Below, one piece after another: positions 37,063-45,734 of a stretch of DNA of 64,000 bases. This DNA is from a virus, in IMG/VR virus record IMGVR_UViG_3300014720_000016. One strand, 5' to 3'. Below the pieces are notes generated by a model. It was not told where the DNA came from. It saw nothing but the letters and a program-made list of their open reading frames with translations, and made no database searches. A program made the translations under genes and the position numbers. Numbering within the stretch: the stretch's first letter is position 1; each line of letters begins with the position of its first letter.

Positions 37063-37348
37063 GGCAGTCCCCATCTAGCGGAGCCCATATGTAAATCGCA
37101 TCATGCGTGCCCCACCAGATGTGAGTCTTGCCGCTAACCCAGGTAAAGGTTTTGCCTTGATAGCAAATCTTTATTTGTGGCGGGATGCTTTGGCCGGGAA
37201 TCCTGCTATCCTGTATTCGCGCTTGCAGTACCATGTCGTGCGATGGCGGCAGTCGGTGCAAGCCGAATAGATCACAGGCTGCGTCAATAGCGGCCGTCCA
37301 GTCATGCCTGGCAAGGGCGTCCGCTATTGCCCAGCTATCGAGTTTCAT
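37052..37348 (-). CDS. MKL family A small protein
   Basis: MKLDSWAIADALARHDW..LFGL..FTW. Confidence 0.8.
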   Translation of the reverse strand: MKLDSWAIADALARHDWTAAIDAACDLFGLHRLPPSHDMVLQARIQDSRIPGQSIPPQIKICYQGKTFTWVSGKTHIWWGTHDAIYIWAPLDGDCRET

Positions 37349-37634
37349 GGCGCCTATGATGTACTACGAACGCGCTATCACCGAGCGTAGTGCCATACTG
37401 GGAAAAGCTCCCATCGTCTGCCCAGAAATAATTCATATAGTTGAAGCGCAACCCGAGCATGTAGTAGGGCTTGTCTTTTTTTACCACAAGGAAATCTGGG
37501 CGGGTGGCAATAGCTAGCCGCACCCCTGCTCGCGCAGTATCCGGCAGATCGAAATGCTCCATAAGGATCTCTAGTGCTGCCTCGTAGTTCTCGCCTTGAA
37601 TGGCGGAGAGTATAGCGTAATTATTTAGCTTCAT
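37335..37634 (-). CDS. MKL family A small protein
   Basis: MKLNNYAILSAIQGENY..EHFDL..YFW. Confidence 0.8.
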   Translation of the reverse strand: MKLNNYAILSAIQGENYEAALEILMEHFDLPDTARAGVRLAIATRPDFLVVKKDKPYYMLGLRFNYMNYFWADDGSFSQYGTTLGDSAFVVHHRRHETR

Positions 37635-37951
37635 GATATTCTATAGGCGTGTTCGTGATAGAGTGGTCTGTCTATGTATGCGCGATTCGTGGCCATACTA
37701 GTCCGCATTACACTAAAGCCGTTGCCTTTTTTCCAGAAGTATGCTGTGCCGTTATGGCGTAGAGTAAAAGTTGCATAAGGAAAAAATCCCTCGTAACTGG
37801 AATCCACATAGTCCGCTCGGCTATCGTACAGGCTTGCGATCTCGCGGGCCTCGCGATCTGACAGGTTGAAGTAGCCTATAACTATGCTTATGGCCATTCG
37901 CCAGTCGCGGGAATCTAATGCATCTGCCATAAGCCACGAGTCCAGCTTCAT
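37631..37951 (-). CDS. MKL family A small protein
   Basis: MKLDSWLMADALDSRDW..YFNL..YFW..GF. Confidence 0.8.
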   Translation of the reverse strand: MKLDSWLMADALDSRDWRMAISIVIGYFNLSDREAREIASLYDSRADYVDSSYEGFFPYATFTLRHNGTAYFWKKGNGFSVMRTSMATNRAYIDRPLYHEHAYRIS

Positions 37952-38160
37952 GCGCTGCCCTCGCTGCCCTCCTGCTTATCGGGCTTGCCGTGAGAGGCAC
38001 CAGACATATAAGCTGCTGTCAGGGCTGCTCGAATCTCCCAGACCGCGAGATCATGGAAGTCCAGAGCATCGCTACGTCGGGTTTGCAGCGTGGCAACCCC
38101 GAGATATTCTTTTGCAATCCGCTCGATCTCTTCGGAAATGTTTGCCATAGTGCACCTCAT
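37948..38160 (-). CDS. small conserved phage/prophage protein
   Basis: IAKEYLG..TL.TR.SD.LDFHD.AVW.IRAAL.AAY..G. Confidence 0.75.
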   Translation of the reverse strand: MRCTMANISEEIERIAKEYLGVATLQTRRSDALDFHDLAVWEIRAALTAAYMSGASHGKPDKQEGSEGSA

Positions 38161-38456
38161 AATTTTATTTCTAGTTGCAGGTCAATCGCCAGCGGGCAGT
38201 AGATCGCGCACCACGGCTTGGTAATAGGATAGGAACGCGGCTCTTCATAAAAGCCTTCATCGTTATCCCACCAATAACTGCGCATCTCCGGCATCTGAAT
38301 AAAGGATTGCCGCAGGCCGGGGAATGCTACTGGGCGCTTCACATCTGCCCGGATCAAAGTAATACCCAGCCCGAAGTGGTCCGACATAAGCCGGACTACA
38401 GCAGGCCAATCTCCGGCGTCAAACGCCGTGTTCATCAGGTAGGTTGCCAGCTTCAT
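38157..38456 (-). CDS. MKL family A small protein
   Basis: MKLATYLMNTAFDAGDW..DHFGL..YWW..GF. Confidence 0.8.
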   Translation of the reverse strand: MKLATYLMNTAFDAGDWPAVVRLMSDHFGLGITLIRADVKRPVAFPGLRQSFIQMPEMRSYWWDNDEGFYEEPRSYPITKPWCAIYCPLAIDLQLEIKL

Positions 38457-38877
38457 CCTTGGAAATATCCCAGTAAAAATCTTTAAGCATCTCAGCAGGA
38501 CCTATTAGGCGGAGACGCATAGTGCTCGCGGTCGCAATCCTGGCTAGGTTTTGCGGACCAACAATCAGGGTGGCTAGGTCGACTAGGTTTGTAGCTACCG
38601 CAGCATCCAGCTTCGCGACGTAGCGCGGTCTATTGTACCAGTAAATAAAAACCTTGAATGCTTCGGGAGCTGGTTCTGCACGAGGTGCCCAGCCCATGAT
38701 ACGGCGAGCCGAGTTCGTGCGATTGATTGCGGCATTGCAACCGGCAAACCACGACAGCGCCGCTTCGGTTCTATGGCCATCTATTGCTGCCGGAGCCAGA
38801 TTATTGCCTGCTATAAAAGCGGCAAAGTTATCCTGTAACACTTGCAGGCGGAACTCGGGCATGGAGTGCAGCTTCAT
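38419..38877 (-). CDS. MKL family E protein
   Basis: MKLHSMPEFR..FIAGNNLAP. Confidence 0.75.
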   Translation of the reverse strand: MKLHSMPEFRLQVLQDNFAAFIAGNNLAPAAIDGHRTEAALSWFAGCNAAINRTNSARRIMGWAPRAEPAPEAFKVFIYWYNRPRYVAKLDAAVATNLVDLATLIVGPQNLARIATASTMRLRLIGPAEMLKDFYWDISKDEAGNLPDEHGV

Positions 38878-38879
38878 GG

Positions 38880-39080
38880 TTACTCGATTGCCTCACGCTG
38901 GAAAATACCCATCCACTGGGTACCGCCGGTATAGTCATCGCCGTGGCAAGCCTTGTCTTCCCAAGGCCATTCCGCAAACCGGGCATCTGCAAAACGGCGA
39001 GCAGCAGCATAACTAGCAGCGATCTCAATAATGCGGCCTTCGCGGGCAGCATCACCTGCCTCTACTACCCATACTGTCAT
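38880..39080 (-). CDS. small 'EGG' family protein
   Basis: MTVWVVEAG..EG.II..AS; paralogue of 48631. Confidence 0.7.
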   Translation of the reverse strand: MTVWVVEAGDAAREGRIIEIAASYAAARRFADARFAEWPWEDKACHGDDYTGGTQWMGIFQREAIE

Positions 39081-39394
39081 GGCATTCTCCTGTAAGGAAC
39101 TCTGCCTTCTACTACAATTAACTTGGCTGGCTTGGCTGGCACCGTGATGACCCGCGCTCCACCAGTAAGGCGCAGGAATAGAGATCCATCTACACAGGTG
39201 AATACAACCGTGTCGTGCGGCGGGCCAAGGCGAACGTGCACACGAAACCAGTAGCTAGCGGGCCAGTAACTAATATCCCAGCCTTCAGCCGCGCCAAAGT
39301 CCTGCCTTGGAAAGTGGCGGGAGAATATTTGCAGAATCCTGGCAACATCGCCTGCCCGTGCTGCGTCCTCTATATCCCAGGCTTCTAGCTTCAT
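39077..39394 (-). CDS. MKL family A small protein
   Basis: MKLEAWDIEDAARAGD..RHFP. Confidence 0.75.
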   Translation of the reverse strand: MKLEAWDIEDAARAGDVARILQIFSRHFPRQDFGAAEGWDISYWPASYWFRVHVRLGPPHDTVVFTCVDGSLFLRLTGGARVITVPAKPAKLIVVEGRVPYRRMP

Positions 39395-39401
39395 GCTGGC
39401 C

Positions 39402-39806
39402 TCAGAAAAGGGTAAGGCGGTATCTGCGGTTGTCGATATGGATTACGCCATTGTGATAGGTCTCATCGGCAGAACAAACTCCGCCATGCTGCATGGCACC
39501 GATAACAACAATATGCTCGCGGGCAACGCTAGTAGCCAGCCGCAGGGTAAGTTCTAGGATGGCAGAAAACGCAACATTCTGTTCAGTGCCAAAGTCAATC
39601 GTGAAGGCATTAGCTACCGTTAGTACGCTACCGCTGCGCCGCAGCGGGTAGTCGAGGCGATCAGCAACCCGCCTAACACCCACATCCTGCCTAACTGCAT
39701 TTAGCTCAGCGAGCCAGATGTCGTCCAGATAATAGTCAATGCCTTCTTTCATGGCATAGAGGTTATGTAGTAGCTGCTTGTCCGATTGCTGAAGAAATGA
39801 ACTCAT
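39402..39806 (-). CDS. hypothetical protein, paralogue of 47295-47705
   Basis: Y.MKEG..Y.L.D.W.AE.N..R; ends IDNRRYRLT. Confidence 0.7.
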   Translation of the reverse strand: MSSFLQQSDKQLLHNLYAMKEGIDYYLDDIWLAELNAVRQDVGVRRVADRLDYPLRRSGSVLTVANAFTIDFGTEQNVAFSAILELTLRLATSVAREHIVVIGAMQHGGVCSADETYHNGVIHIDNRRYRLTLF

Positions 39807-40177
39807 GGCTTCTCACTTTGTTGGTTGCTCCGGGGTTGCTGCTGCGGATCGGGCGGGGCCCGGTTTAGCGCCGGGCCGACACGCAGCGTACCAATAGTAT
39901 CCACTACATGCACGCGCAGTACACTGCCGTCTTGCCAAAAAAGCATCGCCGATATGTTATCACCTATTCTACCTAGGTAGCCGAGGAACCTGCCTGTGCT
40001 GCGCAGTACTCCGCACACATCGCCGTCACTGCTCCGAAAAACCATAGCAGCTTCTGGTCTGGTACAAAAAATATCTACAAATTCTGCCGGCAGGCGCACA
40101 CCGAAATCGCCCTGAATGCAGGCTGCGACTTGCTCGGGGGTGCCATAGCACAGTATGCTTCGCTCATTTAGCTTCAT
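39803..40177 (-). CDS. MKL-start protein whose 3' end reads through the motif
   Basis: MKLNERSIL..GDFGV; tail GPALNRAPPDP is the translated motif. Confidence 0.65.
   Translation of the reverse strand: MKLNERSILCYGTPEQVAACIQGDFGVRLPAEFVDIFCTRPEAAMVFRSSDGDVCGVLRSTGRFLGYLGRIGDNISAMLFWQDGSVLRVHVVDTIGTLRVGPALNRAPPDPQQQPRSNQQSEKP
39846..39868 (-). promoter_or_regulatory. recurrent oriented motif (variant)
   Basis: GGATC-GGGCGGGG-CCCGGTTTAG. Confidence 0.6.
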
Positions 40178-40793
40178 AATTGCTCACAGTAATAGCGGAC
40201 GTGTCAAAGCCCAGCCGACTCGCTACACCCTGGGCAACAAGATTGCGATACAGCTGCGGAAAGTGTTGCGCCCAGATTGTACAGCCGTAGCGGTAGGTAT
40301 CGCTTCCGCGGCCGCCTGTTCCGGTGCAGATGCCAATCGCTTCCAAGACGTCAGTGGCCCGGCAGTTCCAGTGCTCCTTTGACAGGATCTCTCCCTTGAA
40401 ATGGATATTGCAAGAGATGCCGGGATAATAGCTGCGCGGAAAGCCAATGTCGTTGCCCCAGTTTGTGCTGCGGCCACGGGGCGCAGAGTGCGAGTTGCTG
40501 CAATCACCGGTATAAATATCGCTGAATTTAAAATCGGTCAGCGTAGACTTAGCAGCGGGATCGGTCAGGCGAGCAAAGTCCAGGAAGAAAGAGCTGTTGT
40601 TTAGCCAGGCCTCTAGTTCGGCAATGGTGCTGCATTGCACTGCAAACGCATCAGCAGAGGCAATGATACGAGCACGGCGACTGGCATACTGCTGCCTTGC
40701 GCGGCGATCAAGCAAATGCTTGCGGAATTTTTCCCTCTCCAGAAATACAGTGCCGCTAGCACGGCACACCCAAACTGTTTGTTGGCGTCGCAT
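40164..40793 (-). CDS. hypothetical phage protein
   Basis: CSNSHSAPRG..TNW..GTGG; AGGAG RBS. Confidence 0.75.
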   Translation of the reverse strand: MRRQQTVWVCRASGTVFLEREKFRKHLLDRRARQQYASRRARIIASADAFAVQCSTIAELEAWLNNSSFFLDFARLTDPAAKSTLTDFKFSDIYTGDCSNSHSAPRGRSTNWGNDIGFPRSYYPGISCNIHFKGEILSKEHWNCRATDVLEAIGICTGTGGRGSDTYRYGCTIWAQHFPQLYRNLVAQGVASRLGFDTSAITVSNYEAK

Positions 40794-40795
40794 AG

Positions 40796-41434
40796 TTACT
40801 CCTGTAGCGGTGGGTCAGTCCCGTTGTGAGCGGCATCCGATTCACCCGCTGCACGGTCCTGCGGATCGGGCGGGGCCGGCTTTAGGGCCGGGCCGACTGC
40901 CAGCGTACCGGCGCGGGTCAGCAAGGCCTGTAGCTGCTCTTGCTTTGATTTATTCAGTAGCCGCTTCCTGATGCTCCTTATGACACCGCCATAATACTTT
41001 CCTTGAAATTTTGCATCGCGCTCCCGCTTGGAGGTTAGTCGGATGCCGTACAAGGAATGAGCAACCGTAGATTGATTTAGTCCAATCTCCTTGGCGACCT
41101 CTCTCTGAGTCAAGCCCGCACCAAAGTGCAGCCGGACGCACTCCGCCTGCCTAGCGGTACAGCAGGTGTCCACTATATGCAGCAGGAAGGCCCAAAGAGC
41201 TTCCTGGGTCAGCACTGGCAGCGCATCAATCGCGCTGCAATCTGGAGCCAGATTTATTTTTGCTTCTACGGGATCTGGGCTTGTGCACATTGCGGCAAAT
41301 CTATTGCGGCTTACGGCAGCAGCATGACGAATATATGCAGAGCACTTCGGCGAACAATAGCCGCCAGAATTACTGCGATTAGGCCGAGATACAAAAGCCC
41401 CGCAAATGCGACATGAAAAACTCACCTGGGTCAT
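40796..41434 (-). CDS. zinc ribbon + sigma-70 region-4-like HTH protein
   Basis: CRICG..YCSPKC; TARQAECVRLHF..GLTQREVAKEIGLNQSTV. Confidence 0.7.
   Translation of the reverse strand: MTQVSFSCRICGAFVSRPNRSNSGGYCSPKCSAYIRHAAAVSRNRFAAMCTSPDPVEAKINLAPDCSAIDALPVLTQEALWAFLLHIVDTCCTARQAECVRLHFGAGLTQREVAKEIGLNQSTVAHSLYGIRLTSKRERDAKFQGKYYGGVIRSIRKRLLNKSKQEQLQALLTRAGTLAVGPALKPAPPDPQDRAAGESDAAHNGTDPPLQE
40863..40885 (-). promoter_or_regulatory. recurrent oriented motif
   Basis: GGATC-GGGCGGGG-CCGGCTTTAG, inside the 3' end of the HTH gene. Confidence 0.65.
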
Positions 41435-41443
41435 AGCGATTTC

Positions 41444-41761
41444 CTAGGACTGGGACGTGGGATTGGCGTGCCAGTGCAATATCGTAAATGGATGGCCATA
41501 GAAGTGGTTTCGACGCGCAGTAAGCCCCTCGTAGTCGCAGCGATACTCGGTATAGTTATAATTCACGATAACGTGTGCCATCGGATAGTTGCCGCCATAA
41601 TCAGTCAACCAATGTTCGTCTGCGCTAAAGTGGCGTACCGTAGGAGGAGTGTCTATTGAACGCAGCGCCGGCACTCCGAAATGGTCTGCAAAAATTTGCA
41701 GGATTCTGCCCGTGTCACCGTCTGTGGCTGCCAGTTGGATTGCAGCTATTGCTAGCTTCAT
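41444..41761 (-). CDS. MKL family A small protein
   Basis: MKLAIAAIQLAATDGD..DHFGV. Confidence 0.8.
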   Translation of the reverse strand: MKLAIAAIQLAATDGDTGRILQIFADHFGVPALRSIDTPPTVRHFSADEHWLTDYGGNYPMAHVIVNYNYTEYRCDYEGLTARRNHFYGHPFTILHWHANPTSQS

Positions 41762-42021
41762 CCGCCTAGTCTCGGTGGCAGGTACAGGGATGGGCTGTAC
41801 TCGCTAAACATATTAGATCTCACAATCCCGTCTTCCGTCCAGCGCATAAATAGTTTGCGGACAAACAGGCTGGGATTGCGCTGGCCCACAGGGTAGTGCA
41901 CTAGCCAATCGGATGCAGGAACGCCGGCTACCTCCGGGCTATGACGGGCAAAGATAGCTAGTACTGCGGCATGATCTCGCTCAGCCAGGGCGCGCTGCAT
42001 TTCCCAGGTATCAAGTTTCAT
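41758..42021 (-). CDS. MKL family A small protein
   Basis: MKLDTWEMQRALAERD..RHSP..RW..G. Confidence 0.75.
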   Translation of the reverse strand: MKLDTWEMQRALAERDHAAVLAIFARHSPEVAGVPASDWLVHYPVGQRNPSLFVRKLFMRWTEDGIVRSNMFSEYSPSLYLPPRLGG

Positions 42022-42031
42022 GGAACCCTCG

Positions 42032-42316
42032 CTAGCCAATAACGGTAAAGGCCCGCGCAGGCAGGCGAACATAAAGCACATCCCCCGGCTCGACAGTATA
42101 GGAACCAGTGGAAAAGCTCCACTCGGAACTCCAACGATATGCAGCTCCGGCCCTAGCAAGAAACACTACTGCGTCTGATCTCTCGTAATGATGGCTACGA
42201 GAAACCTGCGGGCGCGCTACTGGCTCCAGACCGAAGTGCTTGCACATAAGGCGATAGACGCTGTCGGTGCTGTCCTCATAAAGAGCCATCCACATCTCGG
42301 CATCGCACAGCTTCAC
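42032..42316 (-). CDS. MKL family A small protein
   Basis: VKLCDAEMWMAL..KHFGL..YRW. Confidence 0.8.
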   Translation of the reverse strand: MKLCDAEMWMALYEDSTDSVYRLMCKHFGLEPVARPQVSRSHHYERSDAVVFLARAGAAYRWSSEWSFSTGSYTVEPGDVLYVRLPARAFTVIG

Positions 42317-42633
42317 TGTACTTCCTTTTGGAATGCAAGAAAGATTGAAGTTATTTCCTCGCGAGGGGCAATCGCGATGTCCGCGTCTAGCTTCTGTAGG
42401 TGCACCACACTAAGCTTGTGCTGGTCCGGCCAAAAAGAGGGCAGACATATGCCGGTATCCCACGCATTAAAGCTAACACCGGGCCAGCCGCCATGGACGA
42501 TACAAATGAAGATAGATCTGCCGTACCAATAGGTTGTGCTCGGATAGTGCCTAACGTGCGCTCCAAATTGCGGAGCGATTGCGCCTATCCAATCATCAAG
42601 TGTTAGCTGGATAGCAGCGTCACGTAGTTTCAT
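42313..42633 (-). CDS. MKL-start protein
   Basis: MKLRDAAIQLTLDDWIG. Confidence 0.65.
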   Translation of the reverse strand: MKLRDAAIQLTLDDWIGAIAPQFGAHVRHYPSTTYWYGRSIFICIVHGGWPGVSFNAWDTGICLPSFWPDQHKLSVVHLQKLDADIAIAPREEITSIFLAFQKEVQ

Positions 42634-42832
42634 CGCAGCCCTCTCGCCGGTCAATCTCTGTAAATTCTCCCAGGGTATCTTTGGCCATCAGCCGGAGCGG
42701 CAGCACATGCGAGTACCCGGCTGCAAAAGCGTCAAGGTATGCCTGCATTTTCTGCGGTGATACGGCTTCAAGCCTATACAGCACGCGCCCGTCCCTGTCC
42801 CATATCTCGTAGCAGTCTGTTAGCAGTTTCAT
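42620..42832 (-). CDS. MKL family B small protein
   Basis: MKLLTDCYEIWD..LPLRL..DTLGE..EI. Confidence 0.7.
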   Translation of the reverse strand: MKLLTDCYEIWDRDGRVLYRLEAVSPQKMQAYLDAFAAGYSHVLPLRLMAKDTLGEFTEIDRREGCDETT

Positions 42833-43092
42833 GGCACAGGAGCACCAATTAAATCGAGTTCGGCGATGGAAATAAAATCAGAACTATTGGCCCAGAAATC
42901 AGGCCTCTCTTCCGAGTAGAGGAGAAAACTGCAATCCCACGTAGGATCTTCCCGCAACATCTCTGCTAGCTCGTCAGCCTCAATCTTCAGCAGCACCTCT
43001 ACAGCAGCTAGCGCCGACTCTCGGCTAGCGTGAACGGAGTTCAGGTAGCCGCCCTCGTAGCGGCTACCTTTCATGATTGCGTAGACTTTCAT
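42829..43092 (-). CDS. small 'EGG' family protein
   Basis: MKVYAIMKGSRYEGG..SVHAS. Confidence 0.7.
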   Translation of the reverse strand: MKVYAIMKGSRYEGGYLNSVHASRESALAAVEVLLKIEADELAEMLREDPTWDCSFLLYSEERPDFWANSSDFISIAELDLIGAPVP

Positions 43093-43108
43093 GGTAAAAC
43101 CACTCGCC

Positions 43109-43140
43109 AAAAAGAAACGCTACTTTTAGGAAGTAGCGTT
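43109..43140 (-). terminator. intrinsic terminator downstream of tRNA-Ile
   Basis: AACGCTACTT/AAGTAGCGTT 10-bp stem then UCUUUUU. Confidence 0.7.
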
Positions 43141-43177
43141 AAGTTTATTATTTTTAGTGTAACTTCTAGAAGAATAA

Positions 43178-43254
43178 TGGTAGGCTATCTGGATACTGCC
43201 TCCAGCTCATAACGATTTATAAGATCGCCTGTGACCACTAGCCACCCACAGCCC
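43178..43254 (-). tRNA. tRNA-Ile(UAU), non-canonical T-loop, CCA encoded
   Basis: Acceptor GGGCTGT/ATAGCCT+ACCA; D stem GTGG/TCAC; anticodon arm CGAT-CTTATAA-ATCG; T arm CTGGA-GGCAGTA-TCCAG. Confidence 0.75.
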
Positions 43255-43264
43255 ATGTTTTATT

Positions 43265-44161
43265 TCATTCTTCTAGACTACAGCAACTTTCTGACAAACC
43301 CTTACACCACTCTACAAACTTGTCGAACTCCTCTTTAACAAACTTTGGATTATGCCTGCCCATATCCTTGACGACATAGGACTTGTATCCGTACTTCTCA
43401 ATAACTTTCAGCTTAATCGCATCTCGTGTCTGAACTTGCAAGAGTGAATGCCCTGGCCTTATGCCTTCTTTATAGTGCCAAATGCCATTCCAAAGTACTG
43501 CTACCTTTAGATCAGGGATAACTACGTCTGCGTCCCAGCCGTCAAACATCGGCTCGTTGCAAACTATCGCCCATTTCTCCGCACACATCTCAGAAAAAAG
43601 AATCTCATTCTTACTACGCCTGACCATTTTTTGTGCAGACAAGCGACCTATTATGCTTCCGTATTTCTTTCCAGTAGCGCTGGAGGCGCAAGGCTTTGAA
43701 CAGAACTTCCTATGTCGTCGTCTCCACTCTACCGTAAATATCTTGCCACAAGTTTCACAAGATATATCCTGGTCAAAGTGCCCCCTAGATACTGCAATCG
43801 CTCCCAGTGACTTAGTCAGGCCGGCAGCAATCTTCTGGTTCAATGTAGCCTGGTCTCTGGTTTTTGCCTGTGCGACGTTGGCACATTTCTGTGTACACCA
43901 AGTTTTGGACTCTTTGCCACCAGTCTTGTTCGCAAACTGTTTGCCGCACTCAGGACAAATGCTCAGTACATCTTCGTGTTTCTTTTTATTTCTTATATGC
44001 CCGACATCTATGCCGCGTTCGTCGCAGAACATGCCAAGCTGGTACACACCATTCTTCGTTACTGGAAGACCTAGCTTGGCCAGAGCCTCTCGAAAAGAAG
44101 CTGATGAGGCTATTACATCGCTTAGATCGTGTCTACCCAGCAAGCATTCCCGTACAGTCAT
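43265..44161 (-). CDS. putative homing endonuclease (zinc-ribbon repeats + PD-(D/E)XK/Vsr-like domain)
   Basis: CPECGK..WCTQKC, CETCGK..FCSKPC; SKNE..DADVVIP..AVLWNG.WHY; adjacent to tRNA; AT-richer. Confidence 0.65.
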   Translation of the reverse strand: MTVRECLLGRHDLSDVIASSASFREALAKLGLPVTKNGVYQLGMFCDERGIDVGHIRNKKKHEDVLSICPECGKQFANKTGGKESKTWCTQKCANVAQAKTRDQATLNQKIAAGLTKSLGAIAVSRGHFDQDISCETCGKIFTVEWRRRHRKFCSKPCASSATGKKYGSIIGRLSAQKMVRRSKNEILFSEMCAEKWAIVCNEPMFDGWDADVVIPDLKVAVLWNGIWHYKEGIRPGHSLLQVQTRDAIKLKVIEKYGYKSYVVKDMGRHNPKFVKEEFDKFVEWCKGLSESCCSLEE

Positions 44162-44236
44162 GGCCCCGCCTAAACACCGAGCTACCGTGCTCGCATATGT
44201 TTATTACAGTGCCGTACTGCCGCACGCTATAAAAAC

Positions 44237-44536
44237 CTACTTATATACCCTGTACGGGCCTAGCTTTGGATCGGAGAAGTATACACCTCGGTTTACTGAT
44301 TGAAAGCCGTACAGAGTAGACCATTCGTACACAAAGCGAGTAGACCATATCTGGGCGGCCAATACTCCTTCTTCGTCATCGTCTTGCAGGGCGTAGTCGC
44401 TACGATGGCTATCCATAACGCTTATTACCGGATCAACCGGAACAGCCAAGCCGAAATGCTCGGCAATCCTCCCGATCACTGTCTCATAGCGGCCTTCGCT
44501 AAATAGCAGTAGTATTTCTCCTGTTTCGAGTTTCAT
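44237..44536 (-). CDS. MKL family A small protein
   Basis: MKLETGEILLLFSEGRY..EHFGL..YEW..GF. Confidence 0.8.
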   Translation of the reverse strand: MKLETGEILLLFSEGRYETVIGRIAEHFGLAVPVDPVISVMDSHRSDYALQDDDEEGVLAAQIWSTRFVYEWSTLYGFQSVNRGVYFSDPKLGPYRVYK

Positions 44537-44555
44537 GCCGTCCTTCGCCGCTTCA

Positions 44556-44578
44556 GGATCGGGCCGGTCCGCTTTTGG
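44556..44578 (-). promoter_or_regulatory. recurrent oriented motif (degenerate)
   Basis: GGATC-GGGCCGGT-CCGCTTTTGG. Confidence 0.5.
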
Positions 44579-44593
44579 GGCCGGCCGGTACTG

Positions 44594-45064
44594 CTAGGCC
44601 TCGCCAGTAGCGCGTTCCCGATAAATCTTGGTAGGCGTATAAGGAAAGGTTACTGGTGTGCGGGAGTCGCTATTTACAAAATGCGATTTGTGCCTCTTGC
44701 CTTCGCTGTCAGTAAACCATTCCCAGAAAATAATTCCCTGGGAGTCATATGCCGCATCGCCCCGCTTGAACACATGACTACACCGGCGATTCTGGTATAG
44801 CTTCTGGCCGTCCTCTTCTCCGATCTCATTCCATTCATCATCGTTGCCTGAGAGTGGCAGGATAGGCTTGAAGAGGGCGACTTTAGAGAATAGGTCTACC
44901 GCATATGGCGCGGAGCTGCCTGAGTGACCTTCATCTTCAAAAACTTGGAGTAGCTTTAGTACGTGCTGGCACATAGCTTCCTGCATGCCATCTGCGTATG
45001 AACCGTCATCATTTAGCCAGCCTGCGGCTCGGAATTCTCGTAGTGCGTGATCTGTATAGCTCAT
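44594..45064 (-). CDS. conserved phage hypothetical protein
   Basis: F..EGHSGSSA..PL.G.DDEW..QNRRCS.VFK..VTFPY.P. Confidence 0.8.
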   Translation of the reverse strand: MSYTDHALREFRAAGWLNDDGSYADGMQEAMCQHVLKLLQVFEDEGHSGSSAPYAVDLFSKVALFKPILPLSGNDDEWNEIGEEDGQKLYQNRRCSHVFKRGDAAYDSQGIIFWEWFTDSEGKRHKSHFVNSDSRTPVTFPYTPTKIYRERATGEA

Positions 45065-45089
45065 TAGCCCTTGCCTTCCCTACTAGCGA

Positions 45090-45275
45090 TTACTCCCAGC
45101 CGTATCGTGTGCAGACATACTCCCCGCAAAGTTTTCCTTTGCGCTCGCAAGCCCCACAAGCGTTCTCTAGTGTGTCGGCCTTAGTAGCTGCAATGGCTGC
45201 CACGACGATTGCTGTGGCAGCTAGCGCAGTGAAAAGGCTTCCAAGTAAAAACGGGAGGTTGTCATCCCTATCCAT
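45090..45275 (-). CDS. small membrane protein
   Basis: One hydrophobic segment plus Cys-rich tail; GAGG RBS. Confidence 0.6.
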   Translation of the reverse strand: MDRDDNLPFLLGSLFTALAATAIVVAAIAATKADTLENACGACERKGKLCGEYVCTRYGWE

Positions 45276-45282
45276 GCGTACC

Positions 45283-45495
45283 TCACTTATCGGCGTGTTG
45301 TAGGACGGCTACCATGTCAGCAGCTTCGTCGGGGTCGTAAAATTCCTGTAGATTTTCCCAGCCCCAGAAGGTTCTACGGGATTGCACGCGCCATGCAGTG
45401 ATCCATGTACGGGCTGCTAGGCGGAATTGCTTTACTGGCATTACCCTGTATTTGGGCTTGCCGTACAACGCTGGCACGGCCACACTGGTAATCAT
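45283..45495 (-). CDS. hypothetical protein
   Basis: ORF in run. Confidence 0.55.
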   Translation of the reverse strand: MITSVAVPALYGKPKYRVMPVKQFRLAARTWITAWRVQSRRTFWGWENLQEFYDPDEAADMVAVLQHADK

Positions 45496-45524
45496 ATGCC
45501 GTTCGCCCGTTGCGAGTAGTTATT

Positions 45525-45600
45525 TGGTGGACCCGATGGGGCACGATCCCACGACCTCCAGAATGCAAATCTGGCGCTCTCCCAGCTGAGCTACGAGCCC
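45525..45600 (-). tRNA. tRNA-Ala(UGC), CCA encoded
   Basis: Acceptor GGGCTCG/CGGGTCC with G3:U70; D arm GCTC/GAGC; CCAGA-TTTGCAT-TCTGG; T-loop ATCGTGC. Confidence 0.92.
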
Positions 45601-45734
45601 GTACCTAACTTACTCTTCCGTCTGCAAAAAATAGCCCGTATTTTTACAGACGGGCAAACTGCTTACTCTTTCGTGCCGGGTTTAGCCGTGGTGTTTTTCG
45701 TAAGCGCGGATTCCACACTCAACCGCTGATGCTT

